Translations under genes and position numbers: made by a program | In this document: in pieces, positions 50,401 through 62,436 of the stretch | Numbering within the stretch: position 1 is the first letter of the stretch | Layout of the letters: each line of letters begins with the position of its first letter | NCBI GenBank assembly: GCA_028826165.1 | Contig: JAPDFW010000114.1 | Coordinates: 62,001-126,000, forward strand | From: Anaeramoeba ignava BMAN | Lineage: Eukaryota; Protista; Anaeramoebae | Direction: 5' to 3' | Length of the DNA: 64,000 nt | The notes under the pieces: generated by a model | The model's input: only the letters and a program-made list of their open reading frames with translations | Told to the model about the DNA's origin: nothing | The model's database searches: none

Positions 50401-51934
50401 GCGATACTTTGATGGTTTTTTTGATACTTTCATTTTCAGTTTTTTTGTTTTTCTTTTTTGAATTATTTTCATTTGCAATTTTTTCTGATTCATAAATTGA
50501 AAATTTATTTATCATTTGGATTAATTTTTCTTCTTCTTTTTTTTTCCAAAAAATAAAATCTTCTTTTGAATCAAAATCTTCCTCTCTACAAATTAAATTA
50601 CTATGAATTTTCTCTTTCATTTGATTCAAAAATTCAATATTAATCTATTTTTTTTTTAAAATTTTTTTGAAATTTCAATTAAAATTTTTAAATTGAACAT
50701 TTTTAATTTTTACTTTTGGATCTGTCCAAATTGATTCTAATTGTAAAATTTGAATAAATTCTTTCTCTTTCACAAAAAGTATATGATTCAAAAACAGAAA
50801 TATTCTTTGTAACTGATAAAATATTTGATTAATTTCAATTTGGTCTTGATTTTCTATAATCTAAACAAAACAAAAAGATATAATAATAATAATAATAAAG
50901 AAATTTTCTTTGTTCCTTTTTCCTTTTAAAATTCAAATTAATACATTTCCAAATTCTTTTATACATTCACTTAATATTGTTGGTTTGTCTTCAATTTTTC
51001 TTTTTTGCAAAATGGAAAAAACAACTTTTCCAAATGAATCTGGAATATAATCCATAACAAGTTCATTCTCTTTTCCTTGAATTGATTTGATATATTTGTT
51101 TTTGAAAATGGTAATTGATTTTAAAAAAATTGATTTTGGATGATTTTGAGGAAAATCTTTGACATCTAGTTCGAGTTCATTAATTTTTTCTTGGATTGCT
51201 TTATCAATTCTTTCTAATTTATTCTTTGTCAAACGATTTACTTAAATTTGAAAAATAAAAACGAATAACAAATTTGATTTAAATTTAAAGATTTAAAGAT
51301 TTAAAGATTCAAAAATTTAAAGATTTAAAATATGTTCACAAAATTACAAATAGTACCAATAAAACCAAATTGAATTATATCTTGTGAAATTTCTTGATAT
51401 TTTTCTATGTCATGATATTTTTTTAAAGGAAAAAGAACTGCTCGAATTGCAAGATGATAAATTTCTAAATTATTTTGATTTAAATTTCCATTTTCCATTT
51501 CTGTAATTTTTTCTATTGTTTTTTTTCTTTTGTCTTTATCCAAAATATTTTCCGAATTTGTGATATCAATATCAAAATCTTTGTTTGATGTATTTGTTTT
51601 AATCCAAAGCATTAAAGTTTTTGAAAAATTATGGAATTTTAAATTGTGTTTTAAAATCTAAAAAGAAAAATTTCAATTAAAAAATTTCAATTAAAAAATT
51701 TCAATTAAAAAATTTTACTTTGGAAATTGTATAAAAAAAAGGATATCCTTCAGAAGCAATAAAAAATTCATATAAAAAGTCAATAACTAAATTTTTTTCT
51801 TTTTCTTTTTCTATTTCATATTTTTTAATTTGTGGAAATTCAAAATTTGCATGACGTAATTTGAATTTTGTGTTTTCATCAAATTTAGATTGAATTAAAT
51901 TAAGATCAACTTGATTTAAATTTAAAACATTCAT
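47429..51934 (-). CDS. C2-domain protein with long helical MUN/Munc13-homology-like region; exons 51719-51934, ~51357-51657, 50945-51240, 50714-50860, 47429-50644
   Basis: C2: IKVSLLSAKNV...TTQIV...LNPEWKESIVF...LIFTLWEVD...CIGELKLD; the preceding EEDFDSKEDFIFWKKKE and helical ILPLLCYLE-type tail recall Munc13-like proteins; introns are phase-consistent. Confidence 0.7.
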
Positions 51935-51959
51935 ATATAAAAAATATTATTTGGAAAGA

Positions 51960-52085
51960 AAAAAAAAAAAGAAATTAAATTTTTATATTTGTTTTTGTAA
52001 ATTTTATGATTAAAAAAAAAATGAAAAAAATGAAAAAAAATTTTGAAAATTCATTTTTCATTTTTCATTTTTCATTTTTCTTTTT
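51960..52085. promoter_or_regulatory. Compact bidirectional promoter with back-to-back TCATTTTT clusters
   Basis: AAAATGA x2 (minus-strand TCATTTT) then TCATTTT x4 within a 167-bp gap between divergent ATGs. Confidence 0.6.
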
Positions 52086-52101
52086 AATTTAATTTTATAA
52101 A

Positions 52102-55100
52102 ATGAGTTCTAAAGTGAAAGAAAATGATAAAATAAAAGGGAAGAAAAAGAAAAAACATTCAAACAAAAAACATAAAAAACATCATAAAAAAGAAAAAAAA
52201 AATTCAAAACAAAAAGAGAAAAATCAAAAAAATAATAAAAAACAAGAAAAAAACAAACGGATTTCTTTGAAAGATTTAGAAAAGCAAATCAATGAAAATG
52301 AATCTATTTCAAATCCAACAAAAAAACAAATTAAATTCGAACCACTTAAATTATCACAAAATCAAAAGAAAAGAAAGAAAAAAGAAGAAACAAAAGAAAC
52401 AAAAGAAACAAAAGAAAAAATAGAAGAAAATTTACAAAAAAAACCACAAACATTAATTCATCAAAATATTTTTTCTCAATTTCATCCAAGAAAAAATTCA
52501 AAATTAAAGCAATTAAAAATTACTCAAAATTTTAATTCTCAATTAGGATCATCTCAAAATTCATCAAATTCATTTAATATTCATCAAATTGTTAGAAATA
52601 AAAATAATACTCAAAAAGAATATCATCCAAAAACAAAATTGAAACATAATTTAAATTTTTTACAACGTTTAATTCCAAAAACAGAAGTGAGATTAAAAAT
52701 TAAAATCAAAATCAAAAATCAAAATCAAAATTTAAAATTAAAATTAAATAAAATTAAAATTAAAATTAAAATTAAAATTAAAATCAAAATTAAAAAAATT
52801 TTTTAAAATTAAAATTAAAATTAAAATTAAAATTAAAATTAAAATTAAAATTAAAATTAAAATCAAAATTAAAATTAAAATTAAAATTTAAAATAAAATT
52901 AAAATTAAAATTAAAAATTAAAATTAAAATTAAAATTAAAATTAAAATTTAAAATTAAAATTAAAAATTAAAATTAAAATTTAAAATTAAAATTAAAATT
53001 AAATCAAAATTAAAATAAAATTAAAATTAAAATTAAAATTAAAATTAAAATCAAAATTAAAATTAAAATTAAAATTAAAATTAAAATTAAAATTAAAATT
53101 AAAATCAAAATTAAAATTAAAATTAAAATTAAAATTAAAATTAAAATTAAAATTAAAATTAAAATTAAAATTAAAATCAAAATTAAAATTAAAATTTAAA
53201 TTCAAAATTAAAATTAAAATTAAAATTAAAATTAAAAATTCAAATTAAAATTAAAATTAAAATTTAAAATTTTTTATATTGTTTGTTGAAAAGAGTGATT
53301 TATGTATAAATCCAAAAAAAATTCAAGAGATTAAAAATTGGATGGTGCAAGCCTTAAAAGAAATTAAAATTAGAAATGGAGGAAGATTATTAATTTTAAC
53401 AGGTTCAAGTGGAATAGGAAAAACAATTGTAATTGAAGTTTTAGCCAAATCTTTAAAATGTGAAGTTTGTGAATGGAAAGAATCAACAGAAATTTCTAAA
53501 AAAGATATTGATGGTGAAATTTTCAAAATTAAAACAATCAATCCAAATGAATTATTTATCAAACTTTTTTTTTATTCAAAACAAAAACAAAATTTAATCA
53601 TTTCACAATTTTGATTCGCAATTTCTTTTTTTTCAAAATTTAAGGAAATAATATTATTCCATATGAAAGTAGATTAGAAGATTTGGAACAATTTCTTTAT
53701 GAATCAGAAAAGTATAATTAAATGAATATATTATTTTTCTTTATATAGAAATCAAAAATTCAAAAAAAAAACAAATACATTTCTCTTCATAGATTCCCAA
53801 GTTTAGTTATTGAAAAAATAAAAAATATATCATTAAATTCCAAAAATGAAAATGAAAATGAAAATGAAAAAGAAAAAGATAAAGATAAAAATAATGAAAT
53901 TCCAAAACAAGAATTTTTATCAAAAATTATTATGCTTGAAGAATTACCTTTTTTCAATTCTTTTGAGCAAAAACAAAGATTTCAAAATATGATTTCTCGA
54001 TATTTATTAGAGGGTGTATTTCCTTTAGTATTGATAATCTCTGATCATTTTATTTCAAGAGATACAAGAAGCAATTCACAAAATTTAAAATATGGAGCTT
54101 GGTCAATTTTATCAAAAGAAATAATCAATTCACCACTTGTTAAACATATTCGGTAAATTTGAAATTACAAAAAAAGAAAGAAAAACAACTGATTACAATT
54201 TAAATTCTTGTTTGTTTTTATAAAATATATCAGAATGAATCCAATTGCAAGAAGTTATATTTTAAAAGTTTTGAAAAAAATCAATTTGAATGAAAATTTG
54301 AAAATTTCACACAATGTTTTATCAATGATTTCTCAACACGCTAATGGTGATATTAGACAAGCATTAATTTTATTGCAATTGTTATGTTTAGATATGGAAG
54401 CCAAAAAAATAAAAAATATCAAACCGAAAAATGAGGAATTTGATTTAGATTTTTTCAAAAAATTTGGAAGAGGATTTTCACTTGGAATTTTTCATTCAAT
54501 CGGAAAAATTATTTTTGGCAAACGAAACGAAACAAATTCACAAGAAGTTAATAAAAGACCAAGCTTAAAATTTGATATTGAGGAAGTTATTGCACAATCA
54601 GGAGTTGATTCCTCAACATTTAGTTTGTTTTTACATGAAAACTATTTAGATTATTCTGAAAATATTGAAGATGTATCATTTGCAAGTGAATTTTTTTCAA
54701 ATTTTGATGTTTTAATAACACAAAATTGGAGAGTAAAAATATTTAAAATCAAAAATTTAAAAAATTTAAAAATATTTAAAATCAAAAATTTGAAAAATTT
54801 AAAAATATTTAAAAATATTTAAAAGGATGATTATCAAACTCATCTCAAATACTCAGAATTAACTTCTCGAGCTGTTATTGAATCAAATTATCATTCGATG
54901 AAACAATTCCATGAAAATTCTAAAAGTAAATTTATTAGATATGGATTCCATTCACCTCAAATTTTTCAACAAAATCGAAAATTAAAGCAAAATTTAGAGG
55001 AAACAAAACTTTTATTTCAAATGAAAACTTCAAGGTTCTCTTTTGAAACCCCAAGAGTTAGTACAAATCTTGGGAATTTAACATTTAGAACTTTAACAGT

Positions 55101-55380
55101 TGAAATGTTTCCTTATTTGATTAAAAATTTATCCAAATCTACAAAATTGTCAATAAATCAACAAATATTCTTATCTAATTTTTCCACTTATAAATTAAAT
55201 CCAAAATTTATTGAAAGACAGAAAATTACAGAAAGAAATTATATGGAAATGAATGATTTTGATTTCCAAGAACAATTTGAAGAGCAATTAAATTCTAAAG
55301 CAAATGGACAAGAAAATGATTTTCAAAATGAAGAAAATGATTTAAATGAATATCTTAAAATTGATGATATCGTGAATTAA
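52102..55380 (+). CDS. RAD17: Checkpoint clamp loader RAD17; exons 52102-52686, 53294-53513, 53645-53711, 53793-54152, 54234-54732, 54826-55380
   Basis: PKTESDLCINPKKIQEIKNW, LLILTGSSGIGKT, IMLEELP, PLVLIIS, NPIA, GDIRQA, FHSIGKIIFGKR, FLHENYL. Confidence 0.93.
52693..53270. repeat. Hexamer microsatellite (AAAATT) filling RAD17 intron 1
   Basis: Direct periodicity. Confidence 0.93.
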
Positions 55381-55480
55381 ACAATTTTTTTTTTGAATTA
55401 ATTGTTTTTAAAAATATTATTTTTTTTTCATTTTTCTTCTTTCAAAAAAAAAATAAATAAATTGAAATTTCAAATTGAAA

Positions 55481-56940
55481 ATGACAGAAAATTATTCAAA
55501 TACAGAAAAACTTTCTGAAGATTTAAAAAATTTATTAACTTCAAGAAATGAGGAAAATTTTAGTGATTTTGAAGTTATTTGTGTGTTAAACGAAACACAA
55601 AAAACAACCATTAAATGCCATAAATCAATTTTATCAGTTCGAAGTGATTATTTCAAGTCTTTATTTCGATCCAAAATGAAAGAATATCAAGAAAATCGAA
55701 TCATTTTGGAAGATGTTTCACCAACAATTTTTGAAATAGTTTTGGAATATTTTTATACAGGAAAAATCAAAATCACACTTGAAAATGCAATTGATATTTT
55801 GCTTTTTTCATCCAAATATTTAATTGAAGATTTGGTTCAATTATCTTCTCAGTTTGTGAGTAAAAATTTGCAGGTTGAATATGTTGTGGATATTCTTAAA
55901 CTCTCAGAATCAAGAGGTTGGAATGATTTAATTGTTGCTTGTCAGAATTTTATTTTGTCCAATTTTCAAGAACTTTTTGCTTTGCCTTCTTTTCAAGATC
56001 TCACAAAAGATCAACTTTCTTTTTTATTAGAAAGTGATTTAGTTCAAGCAAATGAATTTGATATTTTTCAAGCATTAATTAATTGGGGGAAAAATAATCT
56101 GAATATGAAACCAAATGATTCAAATATCGCTAATTCAGAAAATCAAATTTTAAAAGAAGGGTTGTCAGATTTACTTGAGAAAATTCGGATTATTGATTTA
56201 TCTGATCAAGAAATGAAGCTAATTGAAAAAACAAAAATGATTCCAAAAGAAATTTTTAAAAATGTGAAGAAATTCAAATCAATATCACCAATTCATCTTG
56301 AGAAAAGCAAGAAATTCACACAAAAATTTTCACAAGACAAAAGATACTCTTGGGTTTTCGAGTCAAGATTTATATTCAAATCAAAAATTGTGAAAGAAAA
56401 AGAATATTTCCAAAAACTTAAAGAATGGATTCCTGATCAAACCTTCTTAAAAAACATGAAACTTGGATTTTCAACATCAAGAGATGGATTAGATTGCAAA
56501 AATGGAACGAAATGTGTCATGATAAAGGGAAAACATTGATACTAATCAAATCGACAAATGATTGTATTTTTGGATCCTTTTCAGAAGTCGGATGGGAAAC
56601 AGAGAAATCTCGAAGTCTGAAAGATCAAAGAACTCGTTATATTGGAGATCCAAATGCTTTTGTTTTTACATTGAAAAATTATCAAAATGATCCGCCTCAA
56701 AAATTCCCTATTCGAAAAAACAAAGTTCACGAAGCTATTTACTATAGTTATTCTTCTTGGGGTCCTTATGTTTTGGATATTTGTTTATATTCTAATATGA
56801 GTGCTGGAAATTCTAATCTTTTTGGTCAATCTTATTGTTTGCCAGATGGTTTGAGTTATTCAAGTAAAGAATCAAGAAATTATTTTGCTGGTTCAAATGG
56901 TGAATGGAAAGTTGCAGAAATGGAAACTTATTTTTTATAA
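55481..56940 (+). CDS. BTB-BACK-TLDc protein (apparent 1-nt deletion in A-run near 56500)
   Basis: FSDFEVIC...CHKSILSVRSDYFKSLF; BACK EFDIFQALINW; TLDc FSTSRDG...TLILIKS...IFGSFS...EMETYF. Confidence 0.88.
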
Positions 56941-57074
56941 AAACTGAAAAAAAAAATAACAGAAATTTTTTCTTCTTTTTAATTTTGAAGTGAATTTTGA
57001 TTTAATAAAAAAAAGTGGAATTAATGAAAAAAAAAATAAATTTTTTTTCTTTTTCTTTTTGATTTTTTTGGAAA

Positions 57075-57790
57075 TTATTTTTTAATCAAAATATATGGAT
57101 CTTTGTCTTTATAGCTGTCTCTCATTTTGTGTTTATGACTATCATCATAAACTTTTCCATCTGATTTAGAAATCTTATAAAAGCCTGTTGTATAAGGATC
57201 ATCATTTGTAACTGAATAATAATCATCAAATTCATAAATCTCAATAATTTGATCATAATTCATTTTTTTTTTATCAATATTTCCAACCTCTTCACTTTTA
57301 TTAATTGAATCCAAAATAAATTTTAATGCTTTTTCTGATTTTTCATTTGGAATAAATTGTTCCATTTTATCGAAATCATATTTTAAATCATTTGGATTTT
57401 GTTTTAATCCATAAGACATACTACTTTCGAATAAATTAACTGTTACTCCATAAACATAAGCTGTATTAAGTAAAATAAGATTAATATTGGAATAAAATTT
57501 AACTCTAATATTTTTGGAATTTGATTCAACTCTTATATGATCATAATGTGATGTTTCAAATGGTTTTGAAAAACGGGTTTGAATTTTATTAATTGCTATC
57601 TGTATTAATTTTTTTCTTCCAAGTTTTTTTGCTTTTTTTATTGTATATTCTTTTTTTTCAACTTTTATTTATTTATTAAAATTTTGATTAATAAAAAAAA
57701 GCAAAAAAATTTTATTCAAATTTATTTCAATTAATTTAATTAATTTTGATTTATAAATTTACAAGTAATTGTTTTATTTCCAATTTCCAT
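57075..57790 (-). CDS. Unknown ~200-aa protein, tandem copy A; exons 57763-57790, 57075-57661
   Basis: The frame stays open upstream of the tracked ORF; phase-1 GT-AG intron; conserved with copy B. Confidence 0.8.
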
Positions 57791-58057
57791 TCTCCTTTTT
57801 TTAAATTAAATTTAAATTTAAAAATGAAAAAAAAATGAAAAAAAAATGAAAAAAAATTTTGAAATTAATTTTTTAAATTTAAATTAAATTTAAAATTAAA
57901 ATAATAATAAAAATTTGTTTTTTAAAATTATCTTAAATTGTTTTTTAATTAAATTGGAAATGTTATTCTTAATAATAATAATAATAATTAAAAGTGGAAT
58001 TAAGGAAAAAAAAATAAATTTTTTTTTTGAATTTTTGGATTTTGGATTTTTTTAAAA

Positions 58058-58770
58058 TTATTTCTCAATCAAAATATATGGATCTTTGTCTTGTCCAACC
58101 ATTTTGTGTTTATGTCTACCATCATAAACTTTTCCATTTGATTTAGAAATCTTATAAAAACTTCTTGTATAAGGATCATCATTTGTAACTGAATAATAAT
58201 CATCAAATTCATAAATATCAATAATTTGATCATAATTCATTTTTTTTTTATCAATATTTCCAACTTCTTCACTTTTATTAATTGAATCCAAAATAAATTG
58301 TAATGCTTTTTCTGATTTTTCATTTGGAATAAATTGTTCCATTTTGTTGAAATCATATTCAAAATCTTCTGGATTTTCTTTTATATCATAAGACATACTA
58401 CTTTCAAATAAATTAACTGTTACTCCATAAACATAAGCTGTATTAAGTAAAATAAGATTAATATTGGAATAAAATCTAACTCTAATATTTTTGGAATTTG
58501 ATTCAACTCTTATATGATCATAATGTGATGTTTCAAATGGTTTTGAAAAAGAAGATTGAATTTTATTAATTGCTATCTGTATTAATTTTTCTCTCCCAAG
58601 TTTTTTTGCTTCTTCTATTGTATATTCTTTTTTTTCAACTTTTATTTATTTATTAAAATTTTGATTAATAAAAAAAAAAAGCAAAAAAATTTTATTCAAA
58701 TTTATTTCAATTAATTTAATTAATTTTAATTTATAAATTTACAAGTAATTGTTTTATTTCCAATTTCCAT
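58058..58770 (-). CDS. Unknown ~200-aa protein, tandem copy B; exons 58743-58770, 58058-58638
   Basis: ~980-bp tandem duplication including intron and promoter. Confidence 0.8.
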
Positions 58771-58892
58771 TCTTCTTTTTTTTAAATTAAATTTAAATTT
58801 TAAAATGAAAAAAAATGAAAAAAAAATGAAAAAAAAATGAAAAAAATTTGTTTCTTTTTTTTTCATTTTTTTAATTTTTAATTTAAAAATAA

Positions 58893-59189
58893 ATGGAAGA
58901 AATTAAAAATATTTTAAAAAATGAAGAGTTTGAGATTTGGGAAGATTATTTCAAACAAAAAGAACTTTTTGAACAAAATAAAAAAAGTTTTCTTGAGAAT
59001 AAAACACAAGAAACATTAAAAGCAACAAATGAACAAGCAATTGAATTAATGGAAAAAGCCAAAAAAGTGTTAGAAATTATTCAAGTTTATTCAACAACAA
59101 ATATGCAAATATGGGTTAAACTTTGGGGTATTTGGACAGAAGAAATGAAATGGCATATGACAATTCATGATGGATTAGAATTGAAATAA
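58893..59189 (+). CDS. Small helical hypothetical protein (98 aa)
   Basis: Non-repetitive ATG ORF preceded by sense TCATTTTT. Confidence 0.7.
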   Translation: MEEIKNILKNEEFEIWEDYFKQKELFEQNKKSFLENKTQETLKATNEQAIELMEKAKKVLEIIQVYSTTNMQIWVKLWGIWTEEMKWHMTIHDGLELK

Positions 59190-59292
59190 TTTTTAATTTA
59201 ATTTTTTTCAATTTAATTTTTTTCAATTAAAACTTTCCAAAAATTTCAATTTAATTTTTTCAATTTAAATTTTTTATTTCAAAATTTTCTTT

Positions 59293-61422
59293 TTAAAAAC
59301 AAGAATATCTATCATTATCACAAATTTTATCACATTTAGTTTTCTTTTGCTTCTTTGGTTTTTGAATATAACGTTTTGGAATCCATTTCATATTTCTAAA
59401 AGTCATTGTAATAAATTCAAAAAAATTAATAATAACTCCTTTTGAAAATGGATTAAAATTTTTTGGTAAATTTTGAAAATAAGAAATTTTCTCTCTTCTT
59501 TCCATTTCCCAAGTTGATTGATTTGTAGCAGCTAAATAAATATGAAAAAGAGCAAGAGAGAAAACAAAAACAATACAAAATAAATCATAAAGGAAAAAAA
59601 TAAATAAGATTAAGTTTCTAAATAGCCAATTTGTAACAGTTTTTTTTGAAGAAAATCCTGATGAAATGTATATTATTGTCCAAATTGTAAATATATTTTC
59701 CATAATTAACATTAGTAGAAAAAATAAGTGATTCTTTTGACCAACACAAGTTCCTAATAATTTTAATTTATCAAAAAATGAGAAAATTGGTTTGTTTTGT
59801 TTTTTTTTGATAAATTGAAAATTATTTCTAACCTATCCAAAAGCAATGATGATCTTTTCATTTTGATTTTAAATTTATTTTGATTTTTTTAATTTTGATT
59901 TTGATTTAGATTTTAATTTTAATTTTGATTTTGATTTTAATTTTGATTTAGATTTTAATTTTGATTTTAATTTTGATTTTAATTTTGATTTTAATTTTAA
60001 TTTTGATTTTGATTTTGATTTTAATTTTAATTTTAATTTTAATTTTGATTTTGATTTTTATTTTGATTTAATTTAATTTTGATTTTGATTTTAATTTTAA
60101 TTTTGATTTTGATTTTGATTTTGATTTTGATTTTGATTTTGATTTAGATTTAATTTTGATTTTGATTTTAATTTTAATTTTAATTTTAAATTTAATTTTA
60201 ATTTTGATTTAATTTAATTTGATTTTAATTTTGATTTTGATTTTGATTTTGATTTTAATTTTGATTTTGATTTTTAATTTTGATTTTAATTTTTAATTTG
60301 ATTTTAATTTTGATTTAATTTAATTTTAATTTAATTTAATTTAATTTAAATTTTGATTTTAATTTTAATTTGATTTTGATTTTGATTTTAATTTTGATTT
60401 TAATTTTGATTTTGATTTTGATTTTAATTTTGATTTTAATTTTGATTTTGATTTTAATTTTAATTTTAATTTGATTTGATTTTGATTTTGATTTTAATTT
60501 TGATTTTAATTTTGATTTTAATTTTGATTTTAATTTACCATAATACATGACACATTTACCACAATCTCTACAATGCTTTGAACGAAGTGGTTGCCAAACT
60601 TTACAATATTCACAATATCTTTGTCCATTAGAATTGAAAATTGGTTTTTTTTGAGAATTTGAATGATTTTTGTTTAAATTTTTAGATTGAAAAGATTCTA
60701 TTTCAAGATCTTGAATTTCATTTTCATTTTCATTTTGATTTTCATTTTGATTTTGATTTTGATTTTCATTTTGAATTTGATTTTGATTTTGATTTTGATT
60801 TTCATTTTCATTTATATTTTGATTTTGATTTTTATTTATATTTTCATTTTCATTTTCATTTTCATTTTCATTTTGAATTTCATTTTCATTTTCATTTTCA
60901 TTTTCATTTTCATTTTCATTTTGAATTTCATTTTCATTTTGATTTTGATTTTGATTTTGATTTTGATTTTGATTTTCAGTTAAATTTTCAGTTAAATTTT
61001 CAGATTCAAATTCACTTTCTTTTAATTCACTTTCTTTTAATTCACTTTCTTTTTATTTCATTTTCATTTTGATTTTCATTTTGATTTTCATTTTGATTTT
61101 CATTATTTCCTAATAAATCTTGCTTTTCTGTTTCTAAATTTGAAGAAAAAAAATCAATTTCAATAAAATCATCTTCTTTAACAAAAGATTTTTTTTTATA
61201 AACATAACCAGGACTTTTCCAAGATAAAATATAAGTAAATTGAGTAATAAAAAAAGTAATAAAAAAAGCAGAATAAGATTTTCTATTTCCATTTTTAATT
61301 GAATCAGATAATTTAGTTGGATAAACAAAAGCAAGTAACGAAACAACAAGAAATGAAATGAATAAAACACTAAATTTACACATTTTTCCTTGTCTTTTTG
61401 ATAATTTAATTCTAGAATCCAT
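59293..61422 (-). CDS. DHHC protein S-palmitoyltransferase; exons ~60539-61422 (frame breaks in the N/Q/E-rich part), 59833-59853, 59293-59753
   Basis: SPG, RYCEYCKVWQPLRSKHCRDCGKCV, DHHCFWIGTCVGQKNH, NQSTWE, NPFSKG. Confidence 0.93.
59860..60535. repeat. Hexamer microsatellite (TTTTGA/TTTTAA) filling a DHHC intron
   Basis: Direct periodicity. Confidence 0.92.
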
Positions 61423-61860
61423 TTTAATAATTTTTTTATTTATTTATTTATTTATTTATTAAAAGAAAAAAAATGAAAATGAAAAAAATGGAAAAATAAA
61501 TTTTTTTAATCAAAAAAAAAAGAGAAAAGTGAAAAATTTTTTTTTTAATTTTTTTTTCTCCTTTTTTTTAATTATTTTTTTTTAATTGATTTAAAAATTG
61601 AGTTTTATTATTTTTTATTTTAATTAAAAAAATTAAAAATAAAAATTTAAATTAAAAAGAATAAAGAGGGAATTTTAAAAGAAAAGCAAAAAAAAATTAA
61701 TAAAAAACATTTGGAAAATAACAAATTTAATTTCAAAAAAAAAAAATAAAAAAATTTTTCATTTTTTTTTTTTCATTTTTTTTCCTTTTCAAAAAAATTT
61801 TTTATCAAAAAAACCAAAACAAACAAAAACAAACCAACAAACGGAAATAAAAAACGGCAA

Positions 61861-62436
61861 ATGAACACATTAAAAATAGTAGTAGTAGGGGGAGGAGGGG
61901 TAGGAAAATCAGCATTAACGATACAATTTGTACATTCCAAATTCATAGAAACATATGAGCCAACTATAGAAGATTCATATCGACGACAGGTCGAAATTGA
62001 CACGGAAGTATTATTGCTTGAGATATTAGACACAGCAGGACAAGAAGAGTACGCGATCATCCGCGATACACATTTACGATCTGGCGACGGGTTCATGTTA
62101 GTTTTTTCTCTGACAAGCAAAGTGTCGTTCCAGGAAATTTCGCTTTTGCGAGACCAAATTATTAAATCGAAAGACTCAGAGAACCTCCCCATTTTAATAG
62201 TAGGCAACAAGTCGGATTTGGCAAAAGAACGCAAAGTGGATTCAAAAGAAGCTCAAGCTCTTGCGAAAACTTACAACTGCCAATATATCGAAACGTCGGC
62301 TAAAACTCGCACAAATGTTGATGAGGCTTTCTTCGCCTTGGCTAAGCTTATTCGTAAAAAGGCTGGTTATTCAACTTCAGATGTCTCAAAGGGTCCGAAA
62401 CCTCCTAAGAAAAAGAAATCTTGTCAAGTCTTGTGA
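61861..62436 (+). CDS. Ras-family small GTPase (Ras/Rap-like) with polybasic CaaX tail
   Basis: GGGGVGKS, YEPTIEDSY, DTAGQEEY, NKSD, ETSAK, KKKKSCQVL. Confidence 0.97.
   Translation: MNTLKIVVVGGGGVGKSALTIQFVHSKFIETYEPTIEDSYRRQVEIDTEVLLLEILDTAGQEEYAIIRDTHLRSGDGFMLVFSLTSKVSFQEISLLRDQIIKSKDSENLPILIVGNKSDLAKERKVDSKEAQALAKTYNCQYIETSAKTRTNVDEAFFALAKLIRKKAGYSTSDVSKGPKPPKKKKSCQVL

Noticed and set aside
19225-56940. Frameshifted BTB genes as pseudogenes
   Set aside because: Only single-base homopolymer indels, with no nonsense substitutions or decay seen.
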